Positions 32,440 through 42,993 of a stretch of DNA of 64,000 nucleotides are shown one piece after another; within the stretch, counting starts at the first letter, position 1; the number at the start of each line of letters is the position of its first letter. The position numbers and the translations under genes are program-made. A model generated the notes under the pieces. That model searched no databases. It worked only from the letters and a program-made list of their open reading frames with translations, and was not told the DNA's origin. Source of the stretch: an uncultured Gemmatimonadales bacterium (GTDB taxonomy: Bacteria; Gemmatimonadota; Gemmatimonadetes; Longimicrobiales; Gaopeijiaceae); the NCBI GenBank assembly GCA_963823035.1, contig CAWGKG010000023.1:96001-160000 (forward strand), given 5' to 3'.

Positions 32440-32913
32440 TCAGTCCGCCACGGTGAACCGGCCGCTGTGCATCTCCAGCACCGTGTCGAAGCGCACGCGC
32501 TCCGGGTCGGGGTCGAGGCGCAGCGTGGCTTCGATCACGAACTTGAGGTCACGGCCCTTCTTCTCCGTCCCCTCGGCGCGCGAGATGCGGACGTCCGTCA
32601 GGCGGGGCTCGAACAGCTCGATCTCCCGCTCGATGGCGCGCAGCAGCCGGGCGGGCGTGGCCGTCGAGTCCGCGCTCATCGAGGCGAAGTCGGGGAGGCC
32701 GTAGTTGTAGATCGACTGCTCCAGCTCCACGTAGGGCGCGGTGGCGGGAGAACCGGACTCACGGGTGTTGAGGAGGGATTCGAGGTCGCGCAGGAGGTTG
32801 ACCTTCAACTGCTCGACCGAATCGTCCCACCCCGCCGGCTCACGCCAGCCCTTATCCACCAGTCGATCCAGGATCGACTGGCGCACCGTCCGGGGCCGGT
32901 TGCGCTGGTTCAT
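32440..32913 (-). CDS. tssE: T6SS baseplate subunit TssE (gp25-like)
   Basis: SILDRL, RDLESLLNTR, SIYNYGLPD, IELFEPRL, VRFDTVL. Confidence 0.9.
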   Translation of the reverse strand: MNQRNRPRTVRQSILDRLVDKGWREPAGWDDSVEQLKVNLLRDLESLLNTRESGSPATAPYVELEQSIYNYGLPDFASMSADSTATPARLLRAIEREIELFEPRLTDVRISRAEGTEKKGRDLKFVIEATLRLDPDPERVRFDTVLEMHSGRFTVAD

Positions 32914-34797
32914 CTCGGGACTCCGCTTTGGCCGGTGGTGGGTTCGAAGCCGGCGCCGCGCCCGAACCCGCACCCTGCAGGGAGAAGGCGAGCACCGGAT
33001 CCAGGCGGCACAGCTGGTCGTAGAGCTGGCCGCGCCGCTTGTCGTTGGCCGGAAGGCAACGATACAGGAGGCCGACGGGCCTCGCCACGACCTCGGCCGC
33101 CTCCCAGTCACCCAGGTTCCGCTTGGTGATCAGCTCGACGAGGTCCTCGAGCATCGGTCGGGCCACCGCCACCATCCCCGCGTCCACGAGCACGGAGGCG
33201 GCCAGGGACTCGGTGATGAAGCGCGCGCGCTCGCTCTCCTCGCGCTCGGCGCGCTTCTTCAGCAGCTCGACGCCACGCATGGGATTGCCGGAGGCCGCCC
33301 ACTCGAGCGCCTTCTCGTGCGTGGCCTCGCTCAGGACGCGCTCCCGGTCGTAGTCGGGCGCCGCGCCCGACGCGGCCGCCTCGCCCTTTCCCTCTCCGGA
33401 CAGGCCGTTCAGCCCCAGCCATTCCAACGTCTCCGCGTTGGCGGTGGGGGTGTCGTCCATCAGGGTGGCGGACAGGATCCCGGGCACGTCGCGCAGAAGG
33501 GCCGCGATCTCCCCCTTGATGGCGTCGGCGGCGGGACGGTACGTGCTCCCGAGCGCCTCCATGGCCGTGAGGACGTAGCGCTGGAGGTCGAGCCAGCCAC
33601 GCCCCCACGTCCCGGCCATGACCTCCTCGCCCGCCTCGACCAGGGCCGCCCAATCCCCGTTGAGCACGAGGGTCTTCAGGCGCTTGCGCAGCTCCGTGGG
33701 CGGCGCGTCCAGAAGGCGCACGTCCAGCGCCCCGCCGCCCTTGCGCAGCTCTCCCCAGCGCAGGCCGCGCAGGAGGAGGTACGGAGACGGGTCGGTCGGG
33801 TCCGCGCGTCGGAGGAAGCGCGCCGCCGTCGCGACGCGGCGATGCGCGTCCTCGGCGTCCGTCGGCTCCGGAGCGAGCCCTGCGGACGCCCCCGCCCGTG
33901 CCGGTGCCGCGGCGCGCCCGACACCGCGACCGATCCGGCGCCGTCCACGTCCGTGGCCGAGGTGGACCCACCCTCCTGCGGCCCCTCGGAGACCGGATCC
34001 GGCTCCAACTCGAGCTTCTTGTCCAGGAGCGACTGCACGGCGGCGGTGGCGCGTCCCATCACATCCTTGAGCTTGGCGAAGCTCGGCTTCGGGCCCTTGA
34101 GATCCTTGAAGCGCTCCTTGACCTGCGCCTCGAGGGTCCCCACGGCCTCCGTGCAGCTCGCGAGCTGGGCCCGCAGCTCCTTGTAGCGGGCCTTCGGCGT
34201 CTCGGCGAAGCCACTCTCGAAGTTGGCGGCGGTGGGCGCACGCGGATCCTCCTCGGGCGCGCCGGCCTTCTTCTTCTTCGCGCCGGCGTCGTCGCCACCG
34301 AACGAGTCCTTGGTGACACCCCTCCACTCCTCGAACTGGTGGAGGTCGTGGCCCCAGGCCGTGATCGGCACGAGCTTGACGGGCTCGTGCTTCTCGCCGC
34401 GGGTGGTGAAGCCCTCTCCCAGGAACTCGAGCGCGAAGGCGCGGTCCTCCAGCTCCTCGGGATGGAGGTGCTCCCAGAATCGGTCGATGAGGCCGAGGAT
34501 GAGCCGGAGGCCGTTGTCCAGCCCCTCGAAACCCTCCAGGTCGAGCAGCGCCTCGGAAAGCCAGATCGCGACGGTCAGATCCTTCGACTGCTCCGCGAGG
34601 ATCTGCGTCGCGACCTCGACGATCTCCTCGTGACACTCCCGGACCAACGACCTGAGCTCGCTGACCGTGACCTGCGTGCTGGGCCTTCGAGCCGCGCGCA
34701 GCGTGGCGATGCGCGCGTAGTCGTCTTCGTAGGTGACTTCGGTGCCGCCCGGGCGCTCGTCGGAGATGGGCGCCAGCAGTCCCTCGGGAAGGGGCAT
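32852..34797 (-). CDS. tssA: T6SS protein TssA (ImpA_N plus VasJ-like C-terminus; frameshift near 33900)
   Basis: LLAPISDERPGG, SKDLTVAIWL, RFWEHLHP. Second frame has DPSPYLLLRGLRWGEL, WLDLQRY and DDTPTANAET. Confidence 0.88.
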
Positions 34798-34804
34798 GGG
34801 AGCG

Positions 34805-35524
34805 TCAGCTCGAGGCGGCCGACGGGCCTTCGATCTCGAGCTCGCGCAGCTCGAGGATCGGGAAGTCCTCGTCGTCCACGAGCAGCATCTTCTGGCCCAT
34901 GGGTGCCTGCAGACCGTCGGGGAGGTCGACCCAACGAGTGACCCTTCCCAGGCGCACCAGCTCGTCCTCGTCCCGAGACGCGGCCGGCGTCAGCACCGGC
35001 AGGAGCGCCTCGCCCAGGTCGACGCTGGACAGCGACTCCCCGGCCTGGAGGTGCACCGGCGACCACAGGAGGTCGCGCAGGCGGTGGGGCGGCTCCACGG
35101 ACACCTGCGTCAGGTGCTCGAGCGGAATCCAGGAGTACTGCCCCCCGAGGAAGAGCTCCAGACGCGCGCCGATACGCGGGTCCGCGTCCTCGAGCCGCTC
35201 GAACGGCTCGCCGTTGAGGCGGCCACGCACGGGACGGGCCTCCTGCTTGGACTCCGGAAACGAGCCCTCGGCGAACATCTGCGCGCGCTCCTGCTCGCAC
35301 TCGAGGATGCGACCGTACGCCAGGACACCGAGCGTGGCCTCGGGGTCGGAGCGGGCGAGCACGTCGAGCTGCTTCACGGCCCGATCGTAGTCACCCGCGA
35401 AGCAGAGGAGCTCGAAGAGGAACGTCCGACGCTGGACGTCGGTCGGCCGGTCCCGCACCTCCGCGTTGAGCGCCGCGATCGCCTCCGTGAGCTTGCCTTC
35501 CTGGTAGAGCGTCTTGGCGTCCAA
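34805..35524 (-). CDS. tagJ: T6SS accessory protein TagJ/ImpE
   Basis: VRDRPTD, LFELLCFAGDYDRA, DADPRIG, YSWIP, RDLLW, RLGRVTRW, GQKML. Confidence 0.88.
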   Translation of the reverse strand: MDAKTLYQEGKLTEAIAALNAEVRDRPTDVQRRTFLFELLCFAGDYDRAVKQLDVLARSDPEATLGVLAYGRILECEQERAQMFAEGSFPESKQEARPVRGRLNGEPFERLEDADPRIGARLELFLGGQYSWIPLEHLTQVSVEPPHRLRDLLWSPVHLQAGESLSSVDLGEALLPVLTPAASRDEDELVRLGRVTRWVDLPDGLQAPMGQKMLLVDDEDFPILELRELEIEGPSAASS

Positions 35525-35611
35525 AGCCCTCCCTCGGCAGGACGGTGCCCGCCGCGGAGGCAGAATCCCGGTTGCCCCCGGGGTCCTCCGCGGCGGGAAT
35601 CCGACTCGGGG

Positions 35612-36104
35612 TTACGGTGTGCGGGTGCGGACGTCCCAGCTCCCGACCTTGGTCCCGGTGGCCGTGCCGTCCTCGCCCTGGATCTTGTACGTGACGGTCA
35701 CCTTGCCGAACGCGAACGACACCGACTCGTGCGGCACGGGATCACCGCCCTCCGCGCCGGACCAGCTGATGTTGGTCACGTAGACCTCCTCGAAGTCGTA
35801 CACGAGGTAGTCCAGCGGCCCGCCGGTCACCTCCCGACTTGTACAGGGTCAGCTTGGCGGTGGGGTAGTGCTCGCCGGTGCACAGCTGCTGGAACATGTC
35901 CGCGCTGGACGCGTCGGTCTTCTTCTGGACCATGAACTCCGACAGCGCCACCACCCCGGTGCCGCCGCCGCTGCCCTGGCCCACGCTGGAGATGTTGCTT
36001 CCACCGAACTGGAAGGCCAGCACTTCGATCTCACCCTCGTGGCCTTCCCTCTGCGACTCGCTCTCGACGCCCTCCACTGCCAGGTACGCGTCCCATCCAG
36101 CCAT
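35612..36104 (-). CDS. hcp: T6SS tube protein Hcp (frameshift near 35825)
   Basis: AYLAVEGVESESQREGHEGEIEV, KKTDASS, LCTGEHY, then LDYLVYDFEEVYVTNIS...PHESVSFAFGKVTVTY...SWDV. Confidence 0.93.
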
Positions 36105-36159
36105 GGTGCTCTCCTCTCGAGGGTTGGGTCTTCAGGCGACGGTCGGCATCCCGCACCGT

Positions 36160-37656
36160 CTAGGCTTCAGGTACATCCGCGACCAGCCGCAGCGAGAAGT
36201 CCACCGCGTCGAGCTGGAAGTGCGGCCGCAGGTACGCCACGGCCTGGTACTGCCCCGGCGCCCGCGGGTTCTCCACCACGTCGATGCGGGCGTCGCTGAG
36301 CGGCTTCTTGGCCTTCTGGTCTTCGGGAGCGCCCTCGCTCTTGAGGACGTACTCGCTGATCCAGTTCTGCAGCATCTTCTGCAGCTCGTTCTTCGTCTTG
36401 TAGCTGCCGATGTAGTCGCGCATCATCACCTTCAGGTAATGCGCGAAGCGGGACACCGCGAAGATGTACGGAAGCTGCGCCGAGATGGCCGCGTTGGCCG
36501 TGGCGGCGTCGCCGCCCGTGCCCACGTACTCCTTCGGCTTCTGCGCGGACTGGACGCTGAAGAAGACGGCGTTGGCCGAGTTCTTCTCGTTGGCCAGCGG
36601 CGCGAAGCCGAGCTTGGCCATCTCCATCTCGTGGTCGTCCGGGATCACGGTCTCGGTCGGGCACTTCATCGCGATGTCGCCCGAGTCCGTCTCGAACGTG
36701 TGCACCGGAAGTCCCTCGAGCTTCCCGCCGGAGGTGACGCCGCGGATGCGCGCGCACCACCCGTGCTGGGCGAACGCGCCGTTCACGCGGGCCGCCAGGC
36801 CCCACGCGGCGTTCCCCCACAGGTAACGGTCGTGCTCCTTCCCGGAGACGTCCTCCTCGAAGTCGAAGGCGTCGACCGGGTTCTGCGTGCCGAAGGGCTC
36901 CCGCAGGAGCATGCGCGGGGCGGTCAGGGCGACGTAGCGTGAGTCCTCGCTGTCGCGGAAGGCGCGCCACTGCGCGTAGTCCGAGCCCTCGAACACGGAC
37001 GAGAGCTGGTACATGTTGTTGAGCTCGGTGAAGCTCTCGAACCCGAACATCTCCGGAGCCGTCCCCGTGATGAAGGGGGCGTGCGCCGCCGCCGAGATCT
37101 TCGACATCGCCTCGAGCAGCTTGATGTCCTGGCCGGTCTTGTCGAACGCGAAGTCGCCGACGAGGGCCCCGTAGGGGTTCCCGCCGAAGACGTTGTACTC
37201 CTCCTGATAGACCTTCCGGAAGAGCTCGCTCCGGTCCACCCCCATCGCCGCGCGGCCCGCGGTGACGTCGCGCAGGAGCTCCTTCTTCGTGATCGGCAGC
37301 ACACGGACCTTGAGCATGGGCCCGGTCTCGGTGTTGGCGATCAGGTAGCGGAGCCCGGTCCAGGTGGACTCGAGCTTCTGGAACTTCTCGTGGTGCATGA
37401 TCACGTTCAGCTGCGCCGAGACCAGGCGGTCGATCTCGGCGATCTGCTGATTGAGCATCGCCTCCGTGTCCGCGCTGAACGTGACGGCGCCCTCCAGCAC
37501 GTCCTTCACGAACATCTTGATCATGTCGCGGCCACGCTGCTTGGCCTCGGTCTCCTTGCCGAACCGACCCTCTTCGACGATCTGGTCGAGGAGACTCCCT
37601 TCGGTGACCTCGGCCTCTCCCGCCGCCGCGGCCTTTTCCTGCTCAGGACTCGCCAT
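36160..37656 (-). CDS. tssC: T6SS contractile sheath large subunit TssC
   Basis: FQKLESTWTGL, AAAHAPFI, WRAFRDSEDSRY, YLWGNAA, KCPTE, LPYIFAVSRFAHYLKVMMRD, LRPHFQL. Confidence 0.96.
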   Translation of the reverse strand: MASPEQEKAAAAGEAEVTEGSLLDQIVEEGRFGKETEAKQRGRDMIKMFVKDVLEGAVTFSADTEAMLNQQIAEIDRLVSAQLNVIMHHEKFQKLESTWTGLRYLIANTETGPMLKVRVLPITKKELLRDVTAGRAAMGVDRSELFRKVYQEEYNVFGGNPYGALVGDFAFDKTGQDIKLLEAMSKISAAAHAPFITGTAPEMFGFESFTELNNMYQLSSVFEGSDYAQWRAFRDSEDSRYVALTAPRMLLREPFGTQNPVDAFDFEEDVSGKEHDRYLWGNAAWGLAARVNGAFAQHGWCARIRGVTSGGKLEGLPVHTFETDSGDIAMKCPTETVIPDDHEMEMAKLGFAPLANEKNSANAVFFSVQSAQKPKEYVGTGGDAATANAAISAQLPYIFAVSRFAHYLKVMMRDYIGSYKTKNELQKMLQNWISEYVLKSEGAPEDQKAKKPLSDARIDVVENPRAPGQYQAVAYLRPHFQLDAVDFSLRLVADVPEA

Positions 37657-38161
37657 TCTCGCCTCCCTCGGCCTCGATCTCGGCCTTCAGCCGGCCCTTC
37701 TCGTCGTCGTCGCCCAGCGCCTTCTGGATGGCCTGGTCGAGCTTGTAGTTGCTCGCGAGCTTCCCCCTCAGATCGGCCAGCTGCGCCCGCTTGTCGAGCA
37801 GGGCCTTCAGGGGCTCGACGCGCTCCGCCACCTTCGCCGGCGAGAAGTCGTCGAAGGACTCGAAGTTCAGGTCCACGCCCAGCTTGCCCCCGTCGTCCGA
37901 CAGCTTGTTGTCGACCGAGAAGGTGAGCTTCGGCTTCGTGGACTTGAGGACCTTGTCGAAGTTGTCCGGGCTGATCTCGATGAACTTCCGGTCCTTGAGG
38001 TCGGGGAGGTCTCCGGCCCCGTCACCCGCGAGATCGGCCATCACGCCCATGATGAAGGGCAGCTCTCTCTTTACGATCGCGTCCCCGACTTCGACGTCAT
38101 ACGAGATATTGACCCGCGTGGGTCGTTGCCGATTCCGCCTCTTCTGAAAGCTCTCCGCCAT
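37643..38161 (-). CDS. tssB: T6SS contractile sheath small subunit TssB
   Basis: RVNISYDVE, ELPFIMGVMADLAG, DNFDKV, DDFSPAKVAERVEPLKALL. AGGAG RBS. Confidence 0.95.
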   Translation of the reverse strand: MAESFQKRRNRQRPTRVNISYDVEVGDAIVKRELPFIMGVMADLAGDGAGDLPDLKDRKFIEISPDNFDKVLKSTKPKLTFSVDNKLSDDGGKLGVDLNFESFDDFSPAKVAERVEPLKALLDKRAQLADLRGKLASNYKLDQAIQKALGDDDEKGRLKAEIEAEGGENGES

Positions 38162-38264
38162 GGTCAGGCTCCTGCTCCTGCGCGTGATTTGGGCCCGCGC
38201 GCAGTGGGTGGGAGGGAGACCCCGGATCCTCCGCCGCGACGGGACGCTGAGCTTGGGGTCTCCA

Positions 38265-38293
38265 CAACTACGTTCCCGGGTGAATCCTGTCAA
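38265..38293 (-). promoter_or_regulatory. Candidate sigma70 promoter upstream of tssB
   Basis: Minus strand has a perfect TTGACA (38293-38288), a 17-bp spacer and an imperfect -10 TAGTTG. Confidence 0.4.
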
Positions 38294-38355
38294 GCGACGA
38301 AAGGCCGCACGACGGCTTCATTCCCGGGCGTTCGCGGGTGCCGCGGGGACCCCCC

Positions 38356-39835
38356 TCAGCGTGTGCTCCACCACGCCCCGAGCGGCCCGCGCGGGGCCGC
38401 CACCGACCCGATCCAGGTCACGCGCACGCGCGCCTCGCCACGATAGGTCACGAGGGGCATCACCCCGCGCGAACGGACGCGCTCGGCGGCGTCGGCGGTC
38501 CACGGAGCGAGGAGCGGATAGGCCCCCACCTCTCCGTCGTCGCGCGCGTGGATGGGGCGCCCCCCGAAGTCGGCGGGACCTTCGGAGGCGAGGCTCCACC
38601 CCCGCTCGGCGAAGGAGGCCGCGAGGGCCGCCGCGCACATGAAGGCCGGGTCACCCCAGACGTACCGCTCCGCGCGGGGCTCGCCGCTTCCCGCACCGGC
38701 CTCCTCGAAGCCCTCCAGCTCGCAGGGGTCGGTCGTCGGCCCGTACGGCAGGCGCGCGAGGAAGGGAGGCGCGGCGAGGCCCACGGCCGCCGCGGCCTCC
38801 GTCTCGCGGAAGAGCTGCCACAACTCGGACGGATCCTCCGTCTCCGGGAACGGATCGGAGAGGTCCCCGTACGCCTCGACGCCCAGGAGGCTCGGCGCGG
38901 CGGAGGAGATCCACGCCGCGCCGAGCGTGTGCGCGAGCATCGCGATGCGGTTGAGGAGGGCCACATCCCGGACGGCTCCCCCGAACGCGAAGGCGCCCAC
39001 GATCAGCGCGGGCGCCGAATCCGCACACGGGCCCGAGAGGGGCTCCGCGAGCGCGCGCAGCAGCGCGCTCCGCTCCAGCCCCGCGGCGAGATCGCCTTCC
39101 AGCTCGTCGCGTGTCAGATCGAGGACGTGCACGCGCACGCCCCGGGACGGGTCCGCGCTCGACAGCACGAGGAGAAGCGAGCGCAGAAGGCCCTCCAGCG
39201 CCCGCACAGGCGGTGCCTCGAGCACGCGTCGCACCTGATCCGCGGCCTCGCGCATCAGGCGGCCGCGAAGCGCCTCCTGGTCCTCGGTGTCCTGGCGCAC
39301 CAGGTGGGGGGACACGACCGAGCGGATCCACGGCTCCAGATCGGGGATCGAGCCCGCTCGACGTCCGCTCGGGTGCGCGCGGCGTGGCCTCCACGATCTC
39401 GTCCAGAAGGCCCGGGGAGGGCGCGGGCCGCTCGGTCGGCGCCTCGTCCGCCCTCGACGTCCCACCGCCGCGATGCTCCGCGACCGCCGGCTCGATCGCC
39501 TCCACGAGCGCGCGCAGGTGCGGCACGCTCGCGACGAGTCGATCGGGGTGCAGGTCCTCCAGCTCGCGGACCGCGATCCGGACGCGGCCCGGTCCCTCGA
39601 GCTCGAAGTCGAGCGTGGGGCGCAGCCGGTCGAGCACGTCCTCGACCGAGCGCACCGCGAAGGGACGCCGTTCGGAGAGGGGCTTCCCGGCGGCGCGCGA
39701 CCCGTGCGCCCGCCCGGAGAAGTCGCCCAGCACCACCATGCAGAAGGGCGGCGCCTCGGACGGGGACGCCCCGCCTTCCGCGGCGTGCGGGTCGACGGAG
39801 AGGGAGACGCGGGCGCGCTCGGGGTTGTCATTCAT
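38356..39835 (-). CDS. Divergent TssB-like/TssC-like fused sheath-domain protein (frameshift near 39350)
   Basis: N-part PFCMVVLGDFSGR...DLHPDRLVASVPHLRAL is TssB-like. C-part LEAPPVRALEGLLRSL, WQLFRET, PFLARLPYG, GFEE, YVWGDPAF is TssC-like. Confidence 0.75.
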
Positions 39836-39979
39836 GGGCGGAAGGCGTTTCCGGGGAGGGAGGATGTCTGGCCGCGACCGATGCCGGATGATATACGTCA
39901 GGTCGCCGTTCGAGGCCACGGGACGCCGTTCCGTCGCCGCGCCTGCACCAGAAGGCCGCTGAGCCACGGACAGATGAGC

Positions 39980-41372
39980 ATGAGACAGATGCAAAGCGTC
40001 CTCTGGACCAAGGGCGTGCTGCTCAACCCGCAGCACCTCCAGACCCAGGACCGATACCTGGAGGACAAGCTCTCCTTCCACGTGTCGAGCCTCGTGTTCT
40101 GCCCGTGGGGGTTCTCCGAGCTGGAGGTGGACGCCGAAGCGGCCGAAGCCGGGGAGCTGCGGCTCGCTGCGCGCGACCGGGCTCTTCCCGGACGGTCTCG
40201 TCTTCGACACGCCGCGCGCCGACGCCGCGCCCCCTCCCCGGCCGATCGAGGGACACTGGCAGCCCGACCAGACGGCGATGACGGTCCACCTGGCCATCCC
40301 GGAGTTCAGGAGCGGGGGGAGGAACTTCGGGTCGAGCGGCGACGAGTCCGGAACGCGCTTCTCCCCCGAAGTGGTCGCGGTGCGCGACGAGAACACGGGG
40401 CGGAGCGAGAAGGAGATCCTCGTCGCCCGGAAGAACTTCCGGATCCTCTTCCAGGACGAGGCGTCCGAGGGCTCCACCACCATGCCGATCGCGCGTCTGT
40501 TGCGCACCCCGGCGGGGGAGGCCCGCCTCGACCCCACGTTCGTGCCGGAGATCCTCGACATCTCGGCGAGTGGGCACGTCATGATGATCGCGCGCCGCCT
40601 GGTCGAGATCCTGTCGGCCCGGAGCGCGGAGCTGGGCGGCATCCGGCGCCAGCGCAGCAGCGGCCTGGCGGAGTTCGGCCGGCTGGACGTCGCGCATTTC
40701 TGGCTGCTCTACACGATCAACTCCTACCTGCCGCTCTTCCGCCACCTGCAGGCGGAGCGTCCCGCGCCCCTGGGCACGGATGCGCCCCGGGCGAGGCGTG
40801 CGCACCCGGCGGAGCTGTACCGCACGATGGCGGAGCTCGCCGCGACGCTCATGACGTTCGCTCCGTCACGGCATCCGCGTGACCTTCCCGCCTACGATCA
40901 TGCGAACCTCTCCGAGTGTCTCACGGAGCTGGACGTGGTCCTCAGGGAGCTGCTGGACACGGCCATCCCCACGAACTGCGTGACGCTCAAGCTCGAGGAG
41001 AAGGAACGCTCGATCTACGCGACCTCCCTCGACGAGGATCGTTGGCTCTCCGCCGTGCAGGCCTATCTCGCCGTGACCAGCGAGATGGACCAGAGCCGAC
41101 TCATCCAGAAGGCACCGGACTGGATCAAGGTCGCGTCGCGCGACCAGATCCGGGATCTGCTCAACCGGGCGGTGCCCGGCGTGACGCTCCGGCACCAACC
41201 CACGCCGCCGAGCGCCGTGCCGCTCAAGATGGGGTGCCAGTACTTCCACCTGGAGATGACCGGCCCGCTGTGGTCCGCCATCCTGCAATCCCGCAGCCTG
41301 GCCGCATGGATCCCCTCGGAGATCCCCCAGCCCGAGATCGAGCTGGTGCTCCTCCTGCCGCCGGAGAAGTAG
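39980..41372 (+). CDS. tssK: T6SS baseplate subunit TssK (copy 1; frameshift near 40165)
   Basis: VLWTKGVLLNPQHLQTQDRY, PWGF, then DPTFVP, FWLLYTIN, HPAELY, LPAYDHANL, VPGVTL, YFHL. Confidence 0.92.
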
Positions 41373-41385
41373 CGGGCGTCGCCGC

Positions 41386-42793
41386 TCAGCCCCGCAGAGC
41401 GAAGAAGAGGACGAGCGCGACCAGCACCGCGACCGTCACCACGAGCCCGATGATGATGGGCGTCTTCGACGCGGCGGGTGCGGGCTTCGGTGGCGGCGGC
41501 GCGGCCGCGGGTGGAGGGGATCCGTACGCCGACAGCGCATCCCCGCCGGGCCGGCCGAGGGGCTGCGGCCCCGCGCCGCGGATCACGCGCGTGTAGTCGC
41601 TCGGTCCCGAAGGCACGACGGGCGGCTGCGCCCGGGGCGGCGGCGGCGCCATGCCGCCAGGCGCACGCGTCGACGCGGCATCACCCTTCTCCTGCAACCG
41701 ATCCAGGTAGCTTCCCGAGCCAGCGCCGTAGCCTTCCATCCCGAGGCCGCCGGCCTCGGACTCCGCGGGGGTCGGAGGCGGGTCGGGCTGTCCCGGTCCA
41801 CGGTACGCGCGCATCGCGAGCGTGTAGGGCCCGGGTGAGGCACCACCCTCCGGCGACGGCGGCGGCGAGGTGAGCGGCGCCGGCGGCGGCGGCGGCGGCG
41901 CCGCCGGCGGTTGGTAGGGCGGCGGCGGCGGCTCGACCGGCTGCCTCGCCGTCGGCGGCGGGGGCGGCGCGGACACCGGCTGCCAACCCCCGGGTTGGGG
42001 CGGAGGCGGAGGAGGCGCCGCGGGCCGGGACCGTTCGGCCGGCGGCGGGGGCGGGGGCGGCGGCGGAGCGAACCCGCCACCCGGGGCCTGCTTCCCACGC
42101 ATGATCCGCGTGAACGTGCCCGTGCTCGGCGTCGTCCCGGGCTGGGCCGGCGGCTCCGGCGGCCTGGCCGGGGGTGCCGCTCCGACGTCGGAGGCGGAGG
42201 GCGGCGGGGCCGGGGGTGGCGGCGGAGCCGGAGGCGTCGCGGCGGGCGGGGCGGCCGCGGGGCGCACGAGCGTGGGGTCCGAAGGGCGGGCTGTCGGTGG
42301 AGCGGGCGGCTCGGGGGCGGGCGAGGCGGTCGGCGGTCGGCGGCGTCTGCATCGACCCGAAGAGGCGCGTGAACTCACCCGGCGCGTCGGTACTCTCTTC
42401 CTCCGCGGGCGCCTCCTCCGGCGCTGGAGGCGACGCCTCGGCTTCCTCCGTCTCCTCCGGCTCGGCCTGGACGCGGAAGATGCGGGTGAACGCTCCGGGC
42501 TCCTCCGTCTCGGGACCGCGCTGACGGTCCGCGTACCATGCCTCGAAGGAGGTGAAGGGATCGACCACCTCGGTGACCACCACGCGGATGCCCTCGACCT
42601 CGAGGACCTCGCGTAGCTCCTCCTTCCCCTCCGGTCCGAGCGTCCCCTCGTCGAACTCGGGGGCGGGCTCGCCGCGGAAGACGTGGACCAGGGCGTATCC
42701 GCCCCGCCCGTCGGCGGCCCGGTAGCTCACGACGTCGCCGTCGTTCAGCTGCGCGCGGAGGCGGTATCTCGCGGTGAATTCGTCGCCTGTCAT
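41386..42793 (-). CDS. Proline-rich membrane-anchored hypothetical protein with repeated (F/Y)T-R motifs (frameshifts near 42310-42350)
   Basis: MTGDEFTARYRL start in the 41681-43009 frame joins the 41386-42378 frame. C-terminal TM IIIGLVVTVAVLVALVLFFAL. Confidence 0.7.
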
Positions 42794-42993
42794 GGGCTGC
42801 AAAGGTACCCGAGGGCCCCGCGAAGGAGCAACCGCGCCGCGCGCACCCGTCCTCGGCCCGGGAAGCTGTGCCGGGCGTGGCTTCCCTTGCCAAGGAGCCG
42901 CCCGGTGCGGACTTTGCTCGGGGGAGTCCGGGGTCGGATCACAGCGGGCTCTCCGATGGCCCAAGCCTCGTCTCTCGCCGTGTCCTGACCTCC

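Noticed and set aside
41860..42260. GGC-rich tandem repeats (also near 62575-62610)
   Set aside because: They encode poly-Pro or poly-Gly linkers. There is no repeat-spacer structure, so not CRISPR or a mobile repeat.
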